Shown here: positions 7,816 to 16,827 of the stretch, piece by piece
How the letters are laid out: every line of letters starts with the position of its first letter
Position numbering within the stretch: position 1 is the stretch's first letter
IMG/VR virus record: IMGVR_UViG_2974663217_000001
Coordinates: 5,062 to 69,061 of that record
Origin: a virus
Taxonomy: Duplodnaviria; Caudoviricetes
Length of the DNA stretch: 64,000 nt
Reading direction: 5' to 3' (one strand)
Position numbers and translations under genes: made by a program
Notes under the pieces: generated by a model
What the model saw: the letters and a program-made list of their open reading frames with translations, nothing else
Told to the model about the DNA's origin: nothing
Databases searched by the model: none

Positions 7816-9261
7816 ATGGGTATTGGTGTTGAGGTAAGCACCTCACTACGAACCGGCCCCACGAACCCGGGCACTGTTTCCGGGCGGCTGCAAATCGCCG
7901 GTATCACCGAGCGCGGCAACGCGTTTGAGTCCGTGCTGGTCCGGTCCCTTGCGCAGTACGAAAGCGCGTTCGGCACCCGACAGGCTTACGCGTCCAACAT
8001 GTACGATTCGGCGCGCACGTTCTTCGAGGAAGGCGGCGCGGAACTCGTGGTTTCGCGTGCTGTTGGCCCCGCAGCCACTACGGGGTTCCTCAACATCAAG
8101 GACAGCGCGAACGTGGACACCCTCAAGGTGGCTGCAAAGAACCCGGGCGCGCATTCAACGGCTATGACCGTTGAGGTTTCCAACTCCGGTGGCTTGTTCG
8201 GTATCACCGTGAAGCGCGGAAGCGAAACCATCGGTTCGTTCCAGAACCTGTCCACCCCGGCTGACGCCGTGGCCGCAGCGTCCACGAACACGCACGTTGT
8301 GATCACCGACCTTGGTTCTGTCACCGCCGCACCGGGCAACCAGCCCAAGGTTCTGGTCCCCACGGTCATGTCCGCTGGCACTGACGACCGCGCGAGCGTT
8401 ACGTCCGCGATTGTGGCCGCCGCGCTGGCGAACCCGGGCGTGTTCACCAAGGGCGCTGCCGTGGCCGCCCCCGGCTATGCTGCATCGGTCATTGGCTCGC
8501 TGCTCATTGCTCACGCCAAGGCTTACGGCAAGGTGGCCCTGTTGTCCCCCGCCGCTGGTTCCACGCCCTCCGCTGCGGCTGTAGAGGCCAAGGCGCTGGT
8601 TGGTGCTGACGGTGCCTATGCTGGCGTGTTCTACCCGCATGTGATCATTCCGGACGGCAACGGCACCCGCACGCTGTCCCCGGAAGCCTACATTGGCGCC
8701 GTGCGAGCTCGCGCGCACACCACCACGGGCTTTTGGGCTGTCCCGGCCGGCGAACGCGCCCTGCCGCGTTGGATCGTTGGCACGGTCACCCCCGTTGACC
8801 GTCCCACGAACAACACCCTTGCTGATTCTCAGTTGAATGGCATCGTGACCATTGCCGGAAAGCCGCGGCTCTACGGCTGGGCCTCGCTGTCCACCGACCG
8901 GGACAACCTCGCGTTGCTGTCCGCTCAGGACTCACTCAACAACCTCACGGTCCAGGTTGAGGACACCCTCGAGGAATTCGTTTTCTCCGGGGTGGACAAT
9001 CGCGGTGTTCTGCTTGGCCGGATCGAATCGGCGGTTACGGGCATTGTTGATCCCATTGCACAGGCCAATGGTTTCTACGCGCGCAAGGTTGACGGCGAGA
9101 TTGTGGATCCCGGTTACCGCGTGACCGTGGACGAAACGATCAACACCGCCACCAGCTTGGCAAACAACGAAGTCCGGGTGGCCCTCAGCGTTCGCCTGAC
9201 CCCGACCGCGGCGCTGGTCAAGGCCGAAATCATCAAGGTTGCCCTTTCGGCTGCCGTCTAA
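7816..9261 (+). CDS. Tail sheath protein
   Basis: 481 aa; YPHVII...LSPEAYIGAVRARAH...GFWAVPAG...YGWASL and FVFSGVD sheath motifs. Confidence 0.9.
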   Translation: MGIGVEVSTSLRTGPTNPGTVSGRLQIAGITERGNAFESVLVRSLAQYESAFGTRQAYASNMYDSARTFFEEGGAELVVSRAVGPAATTGFLNIKDSANVDTLKVAAKNPGAHSTAMTVEVSNSGGLFGITVKRGSETIGSFQNLSTPADAVAAASTNTHVVITDLGSVTAAPGNQPKVLVPTVMSAGTDDRASVTSAIVAAALANPGVFTKGAAVAAPGYAASVIGSLLIAHAKAYGKVALLSPAAGSTPSAAAVEAKALVGADGAYAGVFYPHVIIPDGNGTRTLSPEAYIGAVRARAHTTTGFWAVPAGERALPRWIVGTVTPVDRPTNNTLADSQLNGIVTIAGKPRLYGWASLSTDRDNLALLSAQDSLNNLTVQVEDTLEEFVFSGVDNRGVLLGRIESAVTGIVDPIAQANGFYARKVDGEIVDPGYRVTVDETINTATSLANNEVRVALSVRLTPTAALVKAEIIKVALSAAV

Positions 9262-9283
9262 CCCAAGAAAGGAAATTTGAGTC

Positions 9284-9688
9284 ATGAAGACTACCAAGCG
9301 GAATTTTATTAGCACGATCTTGGGTATCCCGGGCACTTGGTCCACTCACACGGGTGGCGCGTTGAACTCTGACGTGGTGCGCGATTACGACGGCGGGGCC
9401 ACCACCCCGGACCTGATCGGTGGAGCTCCCACGGCGGACGACCTGGAACTGTCCCGGGCGTTTGACCCGGTGCGTGACCTGCCGCTGTTGGAAAAGCTGC
9501 GCAAGGAAGTGGGCCGGGGACGGTACACGATCACCAAGCAGCCAACTGACGCCAACATGACCAAGGTAGGCAAGCCGTTGACCTATGCCAACTGCCTGTT
9601 GCTGTCGGTCAATGATCCCGAGTCGGACTCGAACAGTTCCGATACGTCGCCCATCACGGTGAAGTTCGCCACGACAGGCGCCGTTTAG
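9284..9688 (+). CDS. Tail tube protein
   Basis: 134 aa directly after the sheath; beta-rich tube pattern. Confidence 0.8.
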   Translation: MKTTKRNFISTILGIPGTWSTHTGGALNSDVVRDYDGGATTPDLIGGAPTADDLELSRAFDPVRDLPLLEKLRKEVGRGRYTITKQPTDANMTKVGKPLTYANCLLLSVNDPESDSNSSDTSPITVKFATTGAV

Positions 9689-9783
9689 GGGTAAAGCGTC
9701 CCACCCGGGGCTAGCTGGGGTTCCGGGTGGGCAAATCAGTGGGGCGGGGCGCGTCCGGGTTGTCCGTGCTTGGACACGCGCCC

Positions 9784-9824
9784 CGTCCCACACCCATTTA
9801 ACGAATCGGGCAATCCTTGACGCA
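9784..9824 (+). promoter_or_regulatory. Class II promoter
   Basis: CGTCCCACAC at 9784, AATCCT at 9812-9817, predicted start site A9824. Confidence 0.55.
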
Positions 9825-9876
9825 GACCACCCCGCACACGGCGGGGCGGCAAAGGACTGAACGGACAAAACAGGCC

Positions 9877-10437
9877 ATGACTGAAACACCGGATTACGGA
9901 ACCATTCCCGCAGCTACCAGCACCGAGAGCGCCGCCGCTGAGGCCGCCCCCACCCCGTACCAGTACGAGGAAAAGCCAGTCGTTGAGGACCGCGAGCCGT
10001 CGCCTTTGGACGCGCTGCTTGCCGAGTCCAAGAAAACCCTTGAGGAATTCGTTACGTGGCAGGTTGACGGGCGCCCGGGCTTTGCTGTCCGGTTCTCCAA
10101 CATCATCGAACCGGAAGACACCAAGCGCTACCGCAAGAACGCGCTGGGCAAGAAAAAGAACCCGGAAGACGCGGACCAGATCGTTGCCGCTGCGCAGCCC
10201 CTCATTGAGAACTGCCGCGCGATCCTCCACAACGGCAAGGTTGTGGCCGCCAAGGACGGCGACGACCTCACGTTCGGGCACAACGAATTCATTCAGATGT
10301 TTGGGGACATGGGCGCAATCAACGCGGTTCGTCAGTTCCTTGGCCCGGGCCAGACCCTCTCATGGGGCGGCGCCCTGTTTGAGGCTGCCGGGTACGGGGC
10401 GGACGTAACCGAAGCCGCGGACCCTCTCAAGTCCTAG
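9877..10437 (+). CDS. Tail assembly chaperone (G)
   Basis: Between tube and tape measure; start ATG 9877 (MTETPDY) lies downstream of the predicted start site. Confidence 0.75.
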   Translation: MTETPDYGTIPAATSTESAAAEAAPTPYQYEEKPVVEDREPSPLDALLAESKKTLEEFVTWQVDGRPGFAVRFSNIIEPEDTKRYRKNALGKKKNPEDADQIVAAAQPLIENCRAILHNGKVVAAKDGDDLTFGHNEFIQMFGDMGAINAVRQFLGPGQTLSWGGALFEAAGYGADVTEAADPLKS

Positions 10438-10616
10438 CCGAGTTCCTGGAGGATGATTCCTACTTTCGCGAGCTCGCGATGGTGGCGGACATTCTCCGAA
10501 TGGACCCCGTAACGGTGGTGGAAGAACGGAACTGGAGATACAGGGCCGTTAGAGCCGCCGCCGCCAAGGTGGTTGCCGAGGCTAGGAAGAAGGCACAAGA
10601 AAGACAACAATCATGA
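10383..10616 (+). CDS. Tail assembly chaperone extension (T), -1 frame ORF overlapping the G stop
   Basis: The -1 frame is open from 10383 to TGA 10614-10616: ...VLAEFLEDDSYFRELAMVADILRMDPVTVVEERNWRYRAVRAAAAKVVAEARKKAQERQQS. Absent from the ORF track. Confidence 0.6.
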   Translation, partial: GCRVRGGRNRSRGPSQVLAEFLEDDSYFRELAMVADILRMDPVTVVEERNWRYRAVRAAAAKVVAEARKKAQERQQS

Positions 10617-10631
10617 TTTGGAGGGGCGCCG

Positions 10632-13600
10632 GTGGCCGTCACTGAGGAACGCGTCGTACTGACGGTTGAGACACGCGACGAACTGACGGCGCCCCTCCAA
10701 AACATGACCCGCCGCGCCGAACAGGCCAATGAACGCATCTCACGTTCAGCGCAGCGGCAAAGCTCCACGGTCCAGCGAGCCATGGACCAAGTGAGCGGTT
10801 CAACAGCCACGGCCATGGGCGCCACTGACCGCATGGCCCGGGCTTATGACCAAGCCCTTGGGCGTATGGGCAACAGTTCGGGCCGTGTCGGTGACGTGAT
10901 CAACTCCCGGCTTGGCGGGACCGTGGACCGCGTAATGCGGAACGTCACAACCGCTATCACCCGGGCCACCCCGGGCATTATCGCCGGGGCCGAACGGATA
11001 GGGTCCGGCATCGGTTCTGCCCTCGCCGGGGCCGTGAACCAGTCCGTTGCCGTAGGTGACAAGATCAGCGCCGGATTGTCCGGCGGCCTCAACACCGCCG
11101 GCAAGACCCTTGGCATTGCCGGGGTCATGGTGGGCGGCGTCGTTGGCAAAGCGATTTCCGGCGGCATCAACCGCCAACTGAACATTGAAGACGCCCGGGC
11201 CAAGCTGTCCGGGCTTGGCACTGACGCCGCGACCGTGAACAGCATCATGGACAGCGCCCTTGCCGCCGTCCAGGGCACAGCGTTTGGTTTGGACGGCGCC
11301 GCTACGGCTGCCGCGTCCGCTGTGGCTTCCGGCATTCAACCGGGCAAGGACTTGACCCGCACCCTAAAGCTGGTTGGCGACGCTGCCACCATTGCCGGGG
11401 CGGACTACAACGAAATGGCCGCGATCTTCAATAAGGTTTCCGCCGGCGGCATGATTCAGGGCGAGGAACTGGCACAGCTTGGGGACCGAGGGATCCCGAT
11501 TCTCCAATTGCTGGGCAAGGAACTTGGGGTCACGGCTGCCGAGGTCCGCGACCTCGCTTCCAAGGGCAAGATTGACTTTGCGACGTTCCAGAACGCCATG
11601 GAAAAGGGCATGGGCGGCGCTGCCCTCAAGTCCGGCGAGACTACCCGCGGCGCCATGGCCAACATGGGCGCGGCCCTGTCGCGTGTGGGCGCTACCCTGA
11701 CGGGCGGATTCTTCCCGCTGGCCGTGGGCGGGTTCAACGAGATCACAAAGACCCTTGACGGGGTGAACAAGGAACTGAAGCCTTTTGCGACGGCGTGGGG
11801 TGATGCTTTCGCTAAAAAGGCTGGCCCCATTGTTGCTGTGTTCTCGGAAAAGGCGCTTGCCGCGTTCCGGGAAATCACGGGCGGGTTCCGGGCATTCCGC
11901 AGCGCTTACACGGCGGTGGAGGACGATATAACGTCGTCCGGCTTCCCGGGCTTCATGGAGTACGTTGGCAACGCCGCGCGCAAGGTCAAGAACGCGGTTA
12001 TGGGCATGAATCCGGACATGGAAAAGCTCAAGGATTTGGTCATGCCCTTGGGTGGGCTGTTCCTGGCCTTGGGGTCCGGGCTGTTGGGCAACCTACCGAT
12101 CATTGGCCGGTTCCTGCCGGTGCTGTCCCCGTTCCTTGGCATCCTGTTGGGTTTGGTGGCTGCAAGCCCCGAGCTCCGCCGCGCCCTTGGGGACGCGTTC
12201 AATGCCATTGTCCCGGCCATTGGCGCCGTGGCGGCTGCCTTTGCCCCGCTGCTGCCCATTGTGGCCGAACTGGTGGCCTTGGGCGTCGACTTGCTGGTCA
12301 AGTTCCTGGACAAGCTCACGCCGCTGTTCCCCATCCTCGTGCCCCTCGTGGCCGGGTTCGTGGTGGTGGCCAAGCTCGCCGGCCCGGCCATGACGGCTTG
12401 GCGGGTTGCCACTACCGTGTGGACCGCCGCGCAAGTTGGTTTTCAGGCCGCCCTTGGCACCAACACGGTGTTGACCAAAGCGCAGACAATGGCGACCGAG
12501 CGCGGCACCGCTGGTTTTATCATCATGAAAGCCGCGCAATACGGCATGGCCACTGCCATGGCTGTGGCGACCGCAGCGCAGTGGCTGTTCAACACCGCCG
12601 TGAACGCCAACCCCATCATGAAAATTGTTGCCGTGATTGCCTTGCTGGTGGCTGGCATCATCTGGGCTTACAACAATGTGGGTTGGTTCAAGGACGGCGT
12701 GGACGCCGCCATGCGTTGGGTGCAAGAGGCTTTCCAGAACGTCGTGAACTGGTGGAACGGCACCCTAATGCCAGCCATTCAGGCCGTAGGCCAGTGGTTC
12801 TCCGACGTGTTCGGCTGGATCGGCGCAAACATCATTCAGCCCGTGGTGGACTGGATCGTAAACGCGTTCACCTCAGTGGTGACTTGGTGGAACGGCACCC
12901 TGTTGCCGGCGATTTCCGCCGTAGGCCAGTGGTTCACGGACGTGTTCACGAACATTGGTAACTGGTTCCGCGATTTCATCGGCTTTTTCGTTGACGGCTG
13001 GGGCATGCTGGTTGACTTCTGGAACGGGGTCTTGCTGCCAGCGATTCAGGCCGTAGGCGATTTCTTCGCCCCGATCCTTGACTGGATTCAGCGGCTCATT
13101 TGGAACGCCACGACCATTGCCGTGGCCCTGTTCGGCAAGCTGGTGGATTTCTGGAATGGCGTCCTGCAGCCAGCCCTCGCCGCCGTGGGCCAATGGTTCA
13201 GTGACATTTTCACTTGGATTTACGAGAACATCATCCGGCCTTACGTTGATCTGTGGGTTGCCGCGTTCAACATGGCCGTGGACTGGTGGAACCAGACCTT
13301 GCTCCCGGCGCTGCAAGCCATTGGTAAATGGTTCTCGGATATCTTCACCTGGATTTATGAGAACGTAATCAAGCCCACGGTGGACACTTGGGTGTTCGCT
13401 TTCAACATGGTTGTTGATTGGTGGAACAACACCTTCCTGCCAGCCCTCCAAGCTATCGGCCAGTGGTTCACCGACGTGCTGACGTGGATAAATGACAACA
13501 TCATTACCCCCACCGTCAACACTTGGGTGTTCGCTTTCAACATGCTGGTGGACTGGTGGAACAACACCCTGTTGCCGGCGCTGCAAGCTGTGGGCCAGTG

Positions 13601-14402
13601 GTTCACAGACGTGTTTACGTGGATTTACGAAAACATCATCAAGCCAGTGGTTGACCTGATCGTGGGGGCTTTCACCTCCCTTACGGACTGGTGGAATAAC
13701 ACCCTGTCGCCCATGATCACCACCGTTGCTGGCTGGTTCTCGGATGGAATCGGCAAGGCCATTGAGGGCGTTGGCAGCTTCATTGACGACCTGATCAAGG
13801 GCTTTGAGGGCTTCATTAAATTCTGGTCTGAAACCCTCAAGCCCGTGGCTGACAAAATCGCTGAGATTTTCAAGGCAATCGGTGACGCAATCGGAACCGC
13901 CCTCGGCAAAATGGGCGAGTTCATCAACAACCCGCTTGGTGGTATTCAGGACTGGCTTGGTATCGCCAAGGACGAAAACGGGCAAGGCATCATGCCGAAC
14001 AACAGCGGCGGCGGCGTCTACAAGGGCGGCGGCGTCCTTGGGTATGCCGGCGGCGGCACTGTCCTGCCCGGGTTCGGCCCGGGCAGGGACACCATCCCTG
14101 CCATGCTGTCCCGTGGCGAGTCCGTGCTGGTTCCCGAGCTCACGTCGGCACTTGGTCCGCGCAACATCATGGCGGCCAACCGTGAGGCGTCCGGCGGACG
14201 CCCCGCCGGTTCCGGCCCCACCGCCTCGCTGGTGGCGGCTGTGGGTGGACGCGGCGGCGGTTCGGTCACCGTGGAGCGCGGCGCCGTTCAGGTCAACGTC
14301 ACCGTTGAGGGCGGCAACACCGAGGTGGCGCACGACATTGCGGAAGCCGTCCGCGAGGCCGTGGAAGAGGTTTTCGAGGAAGCTAATAGGCGGTCTTACT
14401 AA
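10632..14402 (+). CDS. Tape measure protein
   Basis: 1256 aa; TMP core (MAAIFNKVSAGGMIQGEELAQL), hydrophobic middle, ~40-aa Trp-rich repeats, C-terminal GGG/RDTIPAMLSRGESVL. Confidence 0.95.
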   Translation: MAVTEERVVLTVETRDELTAPLQNMTRRAEQANERISRSAQRQSSTVQRAMDQVSGSTATAMGATDRMARAYDQALGRMGNSSGRVGDVINSRLGGTVDRVMRNVTTAITRATPGIIAGAERIGSGIGSALAGAVNQSVAVGDKISAGLSGGLNTAGKTLGIAGVMVGGVVGKAISGGINRQLNIEDARAKLSGLGTDAATVNSIMDSALAAVQGTAFGLDGAATAAASAVASGIQPGKDLTRTLKLVGDAATIAGADYNEMAAIFNKVSAGGMIQGEELAQLGDRGIPILQLLGKELGVTAAEVRDLASKGKIDFATFQNAMEKGMGGAALKSGETTRGAMANMGAALSRVGATLTGGFFPLAVGGFNEITKTLDGVNKELKPFATAWGDAFAKKAGPIVAVFSEKALAAFREITGGFRAFRSAYTAVEDDITSSGFPGFMEYVGNAARKVKNAVMGMNPDMEKLKDLVMPLGGLFLALGSGLLGNLPIIGRFLPVLSPFLGILLGLVAASPELRRALGDAFNAIVPAIGAVAAAFAPLLPIVAELVALGVDLLVKFLDKLTPLFPILVPLVAGFVVVAKLAGPAMTAWRVATTVWTAAQVGFQAALGTNTVLTKAQTMATERGTAGFIIMKAAQYGMATAMAVATAAQWLFNTAVNANPIMKIVAVIALLVAGIIWAYNNVGWFKDGVDAAMRWVQEAFQNVVNWWNGTLMPAIQAVGQWFSDVFGWIGANIIQPVVDWIVNAFTSVVTWWNGTLLPAISAVGQWFTDVFTNIGNWFRDFIGFFVDGWGMLVDFWNGVLLPAIQAVGDFFAPILDWIQRLIWNATTIAVALFGKLVDFWNGVLQPALAAVGQWFSDIFTWIYENIIRPYVDLWVAAFNMAVDWWNQTLLPALQAIGKWFSDIFTWIYENVIKPTVDTWVFAFNMVVDWWNNTFLPALQAIGQWFTDVLTWINDNIITPTVNTWVFAFNMLVDWWNNTLLPALQAVGQWFTDVFTWIYENIIKPVVDLIVGAFTSLTDWWNNTLSPMITTVAGWFSDGIGKAIEGVGSFIDDLIKGFEGFIKFWSETLKPVADKIAEIFKAIGDAIGTALGKMGEFINNPLGGIQDWLGIAKDENGQGIMPNNSGGGVYKGGGVLGYAGGGTVLPGFGPGRDTIPAMLSRGESVLVPELTSALGPRNIMAANREASGGRPAGSGPTASLVAAVGGRGGGSVTVERGAVQVNVTVEGGNTEVAHDIAEAVREAVEEVFEEANRRSY

Positions 14403-15070
14403 TGGTCAACATCATTGTGCAAAAACCCCAGTATTGGCACACCATGCGGGTGATTACTGACAACGGTTTTCAGGGGTCCATGAACTCCACCCCAACGGTG
14501 TTCCAGTACAGCGACGTGGCCAACTACGGGCAGGTGGAGCGCGAGGGCAAGAAAGCCATTTCCCGGCTGGTGTCCCCCGGGCTGCGCAAGCTCTCATTCA
14601 CCCATACCGTGGCCAGCCTGGACTACACGCAGACCGTGGAGCCCATCGTGCAGCGGTTCACGAACCTGTCCGCCGCCGGGGTCCGGGTCCGGTTCCCGAA
14701 CGGGTCCGGCCCGTTTGAGCAACCGTGCTGGTGGGTTATCAAGGCGCTGGACGTAAACGTAATCCGGCGCGCGGCTGACAACAGCATTAGCCATGCGCAA
14801 TTGTCGTGGTCCCTTGAGGAATACGTCGACGTGGCGGCCAACGCGATCAAGCCGCGCCCGGTGCCCAAGGCGCCGGTGGCACCGCCCAAGCCCGTGGCGG
14901 CGCCCTCGCGCACCTACCGCGTGGTGTCTGGGGATTGCTTGTGGAACATTGCCGCCCGGTTCCTTGGGAACGGTGCCCGGTGGCCCGAGATTTACAACAT
15001 GAACCGCGCCGTGATCGGCGGAAACCCTAACCTGATCTTCCCCGGTCAGGTTTACAAGCTCCCGGGGTGA
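14402..15070 (+). CDS. Tail tube initiator with C-terminal LysM domain
   Basis: YRVVSGDCLWNIAARFLGNGARWPEIYNMN...NPNLIFPGQVYKLP. Confidence 0.85.
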   Translation: MVNIIVQKPQYWHTMRVITDNGFQGSMNSTPTVFQYSDVANYGQVEREGKKAISRLVSPGLRKLSFTHTVASLDYTQTVEPIVQRFTNLSAAGVRVRFPNGSGPFEQPCWWVIKALDVNVIRRAADNSISHAQLSWSLEEYVDVAANAIKPRPVPKAPVAPPKPVAAPSRTYRVVSGDCLWNIAARFLGNGARWPEIYNMNRAVIGGNPNLIFPGQVYKLPG

Positions 15071-15073
15071 CGC

Positions 15074-16420
15074 GTGGCTAGCAAACTGCTTGACGGTAAC
15101 AAGCTAAAGAACATATCCGTGACCGGCAAGGGCTTGGACGCGGACCTTGTGGAGGCTTGCCTCAAGGCGTCCTTTTCCACCAGCACCAGCCAAGTGACTG
15201 AGTTCTCTTTGACGTTCCTGGACACCATGGACTTGCAAACGTTCCGTTCGGGGATCCTCAGTTCGGGGGCCACGGTGAAGTATGGCGGCTGGCAAATGGT
15301 CAGCCGCGTGGTCACGGTGGCATCTGGCCCCGCCGGCCCGGAACTGACGGTCAAGGCGCCGTCAGCGTTCGTGGAGGGCTTCAAGTCCGAAATTGGCGGC
15401 AACTCGTGGGGTGATCAGGACGTTGCGGCGTGGGTGACAGCCCAAGCGAGGCGCCGGGACATGAACGCTGTTGTTCAGCCGGGGTTGGGCCGGAAAACCA
15501 TTATCCGGGCGGCCACTGACGGCGATAACAAGGAAAGCACTTGGGACGTTATGGCGGCCCTCGCCACGGCAACGGGGTGCTGGCTGTATGAGTACGGCAC
15601 GACGCTGGTTTTCGCGCGCCCGTCGTGGCTCATGAAAACGGACTGGGGCGGTAGGCATTGGGAACTGTGGTGGAACAACTGGGCCGACTACCACGAGGCC
15701 ATGCAAGGCATGCCCGGGTATTCGGTGGACCCGGGCGCTAACCCGGCGGAACAGTTGACCATTCGACTGCTGTCCCCCGACGCTGACGAGGCGCGGCCCG
15801 GGGACAAGGTGACCTTGACCGGCGCCGGGGTGGGTACCATGTCCGGGGCGTGGATCGTGGTAGGTGTCAGCTATCCCATGACCGTGGCCGGGGCGGTTAC
15901 CCTGTCATGCCAGCGGCCCATTGATCCGGTGATTCCTCCCGTGAACACTGGCACCGGCACCAGCGGTTCGGCGGCCAAGACCTCCACGGTGGTGAGCTCC
16001 GCAACAGGCAAGGCCGGGGCGGGTGCGAACACGTCCGGGGTGGATGGGTGGATGGCTCGCACCAAGGGCCGCTACGTGGACACGGACGGCGCTTATGGTG
16101 CGCAGTGCGTGGACTTGGTGAGCCTCTACAACACGCAATTTATCGGCGGCGGCGCGATCTTTGGCAACGGTAACCAGTGGTACAACAACCCGGCTGCCAA
16201 CGCCAACTATGTGCGCATCCCGGCGGGGCAGCGCGCCCAAAAGGGTGACATTGCTTGCTGGGGTTCGTACTACGGCGGCGGTTACGGGCACGTCTGCATT
16301 GTTGTGGAGGATAGGGGCGGTCAGCTCTACACGTTCACGCAGAACCCTGGCCCCGCCCAATATCAGGTACTCACGAAACAAGGGCTGCAGGGCTACCTCC
16401 GACCACGAAAGTTTGCCTAA
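15074..16420 (+). CDS. Baseplate hub protein with C-terminal CHAP peptidoglycan hydrolase
   Basis: Hub-like N-terminus; C-terminus DGAYGAQCVDL...GDIACW...YGHVCIV...TQNPG with intact Cys/His. Confidence 0.85.
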   Translation: MASKLLDGNKLKNISVTGKGLDADLVEACLKASFSTSTSQVTEFSLTFLDTMDLQTFRSGILSSGATVKYGGWQMVSRVVTVASGPAGPELTVKAPSAFVEGFKSEIGGNSWGDQDVAAWVTAQARRRDMNAVVQPGLGRKTIIRAATDGDNKESTWDVMAALATATGCWLYEYGTTLVFARPSWLMKTDWGGRHWELWWNNWADYHEAMQGMPGYSVDPGANPAEQLTIRLLSPDADEARPGDKVTLTGAGVGTMSGAWIVVGVSYPMTVAGAVTLSCQRPIDPVIPPVNTGTGTSGSAAKTSTVVSSATGKAGAGANTSGVDGWMARTKGRYVDTDGAYGAQCVDLVSLYNTQFIGGGAIFGNGNQWYNNPAANANYVRIPAGQRAQKGDIACWGSYYGGGYGHVCIVVEDRGGQLYTFTQNPGPAQYQVLTKQGLQGYLRPRKFA

Positions 16421-16422
16421 AC

Positions 16423-16827
16423 ATGGAACCTATTTGGTCTTGGCTTGTTCTCGCTCGCGTGTCCCGGCTGGTCAAGGACTTGCGCAGCGGGGTGGGCGCC
16501 GATGATGCTTACGCCGCCGCGGACGGGCGGCGGCTGGGGGTGGCCGAGGCTATCAGTCATGCGTGCGCCCCGGACGGCTGGAACTGGCCCAAGGATGACG
16601 CCAAGTTGCTGGCTGTCCTTGAGCGCGACGGGCGCAGCGTCCCCGTGGATTCTGCCCCTTATGGTTCAGTGGTGGAGACGACGTCGGGGCGGCTGGGGCT
16701 GCGCACCAACGGGGGACTGATTGAGTCCCACGGCGAGGCGTTGTCCGTGGTTGAGCAAGAACCGGGCCGGTGGGTTCGGGCGTGGCTTATCCCCGGCGTT
16801 TCATACTTTGGGAGGACAACAACGTGA
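16423..16827 (+). CDS. Hypothetical baseplate protein, possible degenerate NlpC/P60
   Basis: Tight coupling to neighbours; ends W-RAWLIPGVSY like NlpC/P60-type tail domains, but no catalytic Cys/His. Confidence 0.6.
   Translation: MEPIWSWLVLARVSRLVKDLRSGVGADDAYAAADGRRLGVAEAISHACAPDGWNWPKDDAKLLAVLERDGRSVPVDSAPYGSVVETTSGRLGLRTNGGLIESHGEALSVVEQEPGRWVRAWLIPGVSYFGRTTT

Noticed and set aside
9700-9731. Hairpin CCCACCCGG / CCGGGTGGG after the tail tube gene
   Set aside because: No U-tract and a long loop. It may stabilise mRNA but cannot be called a terminator.
9867-9877. AAAACAGGCCA, a near match to the class I box
   Set aside because: It abuts the ATG instead of lying 21 nt upstream, and there is no A-N3-T element at the expected place.
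12700-13760. About 40-aa Trp-rich repeats in the tape measure protein
   Set aside because: An ordinary feature of tape measure proteins.
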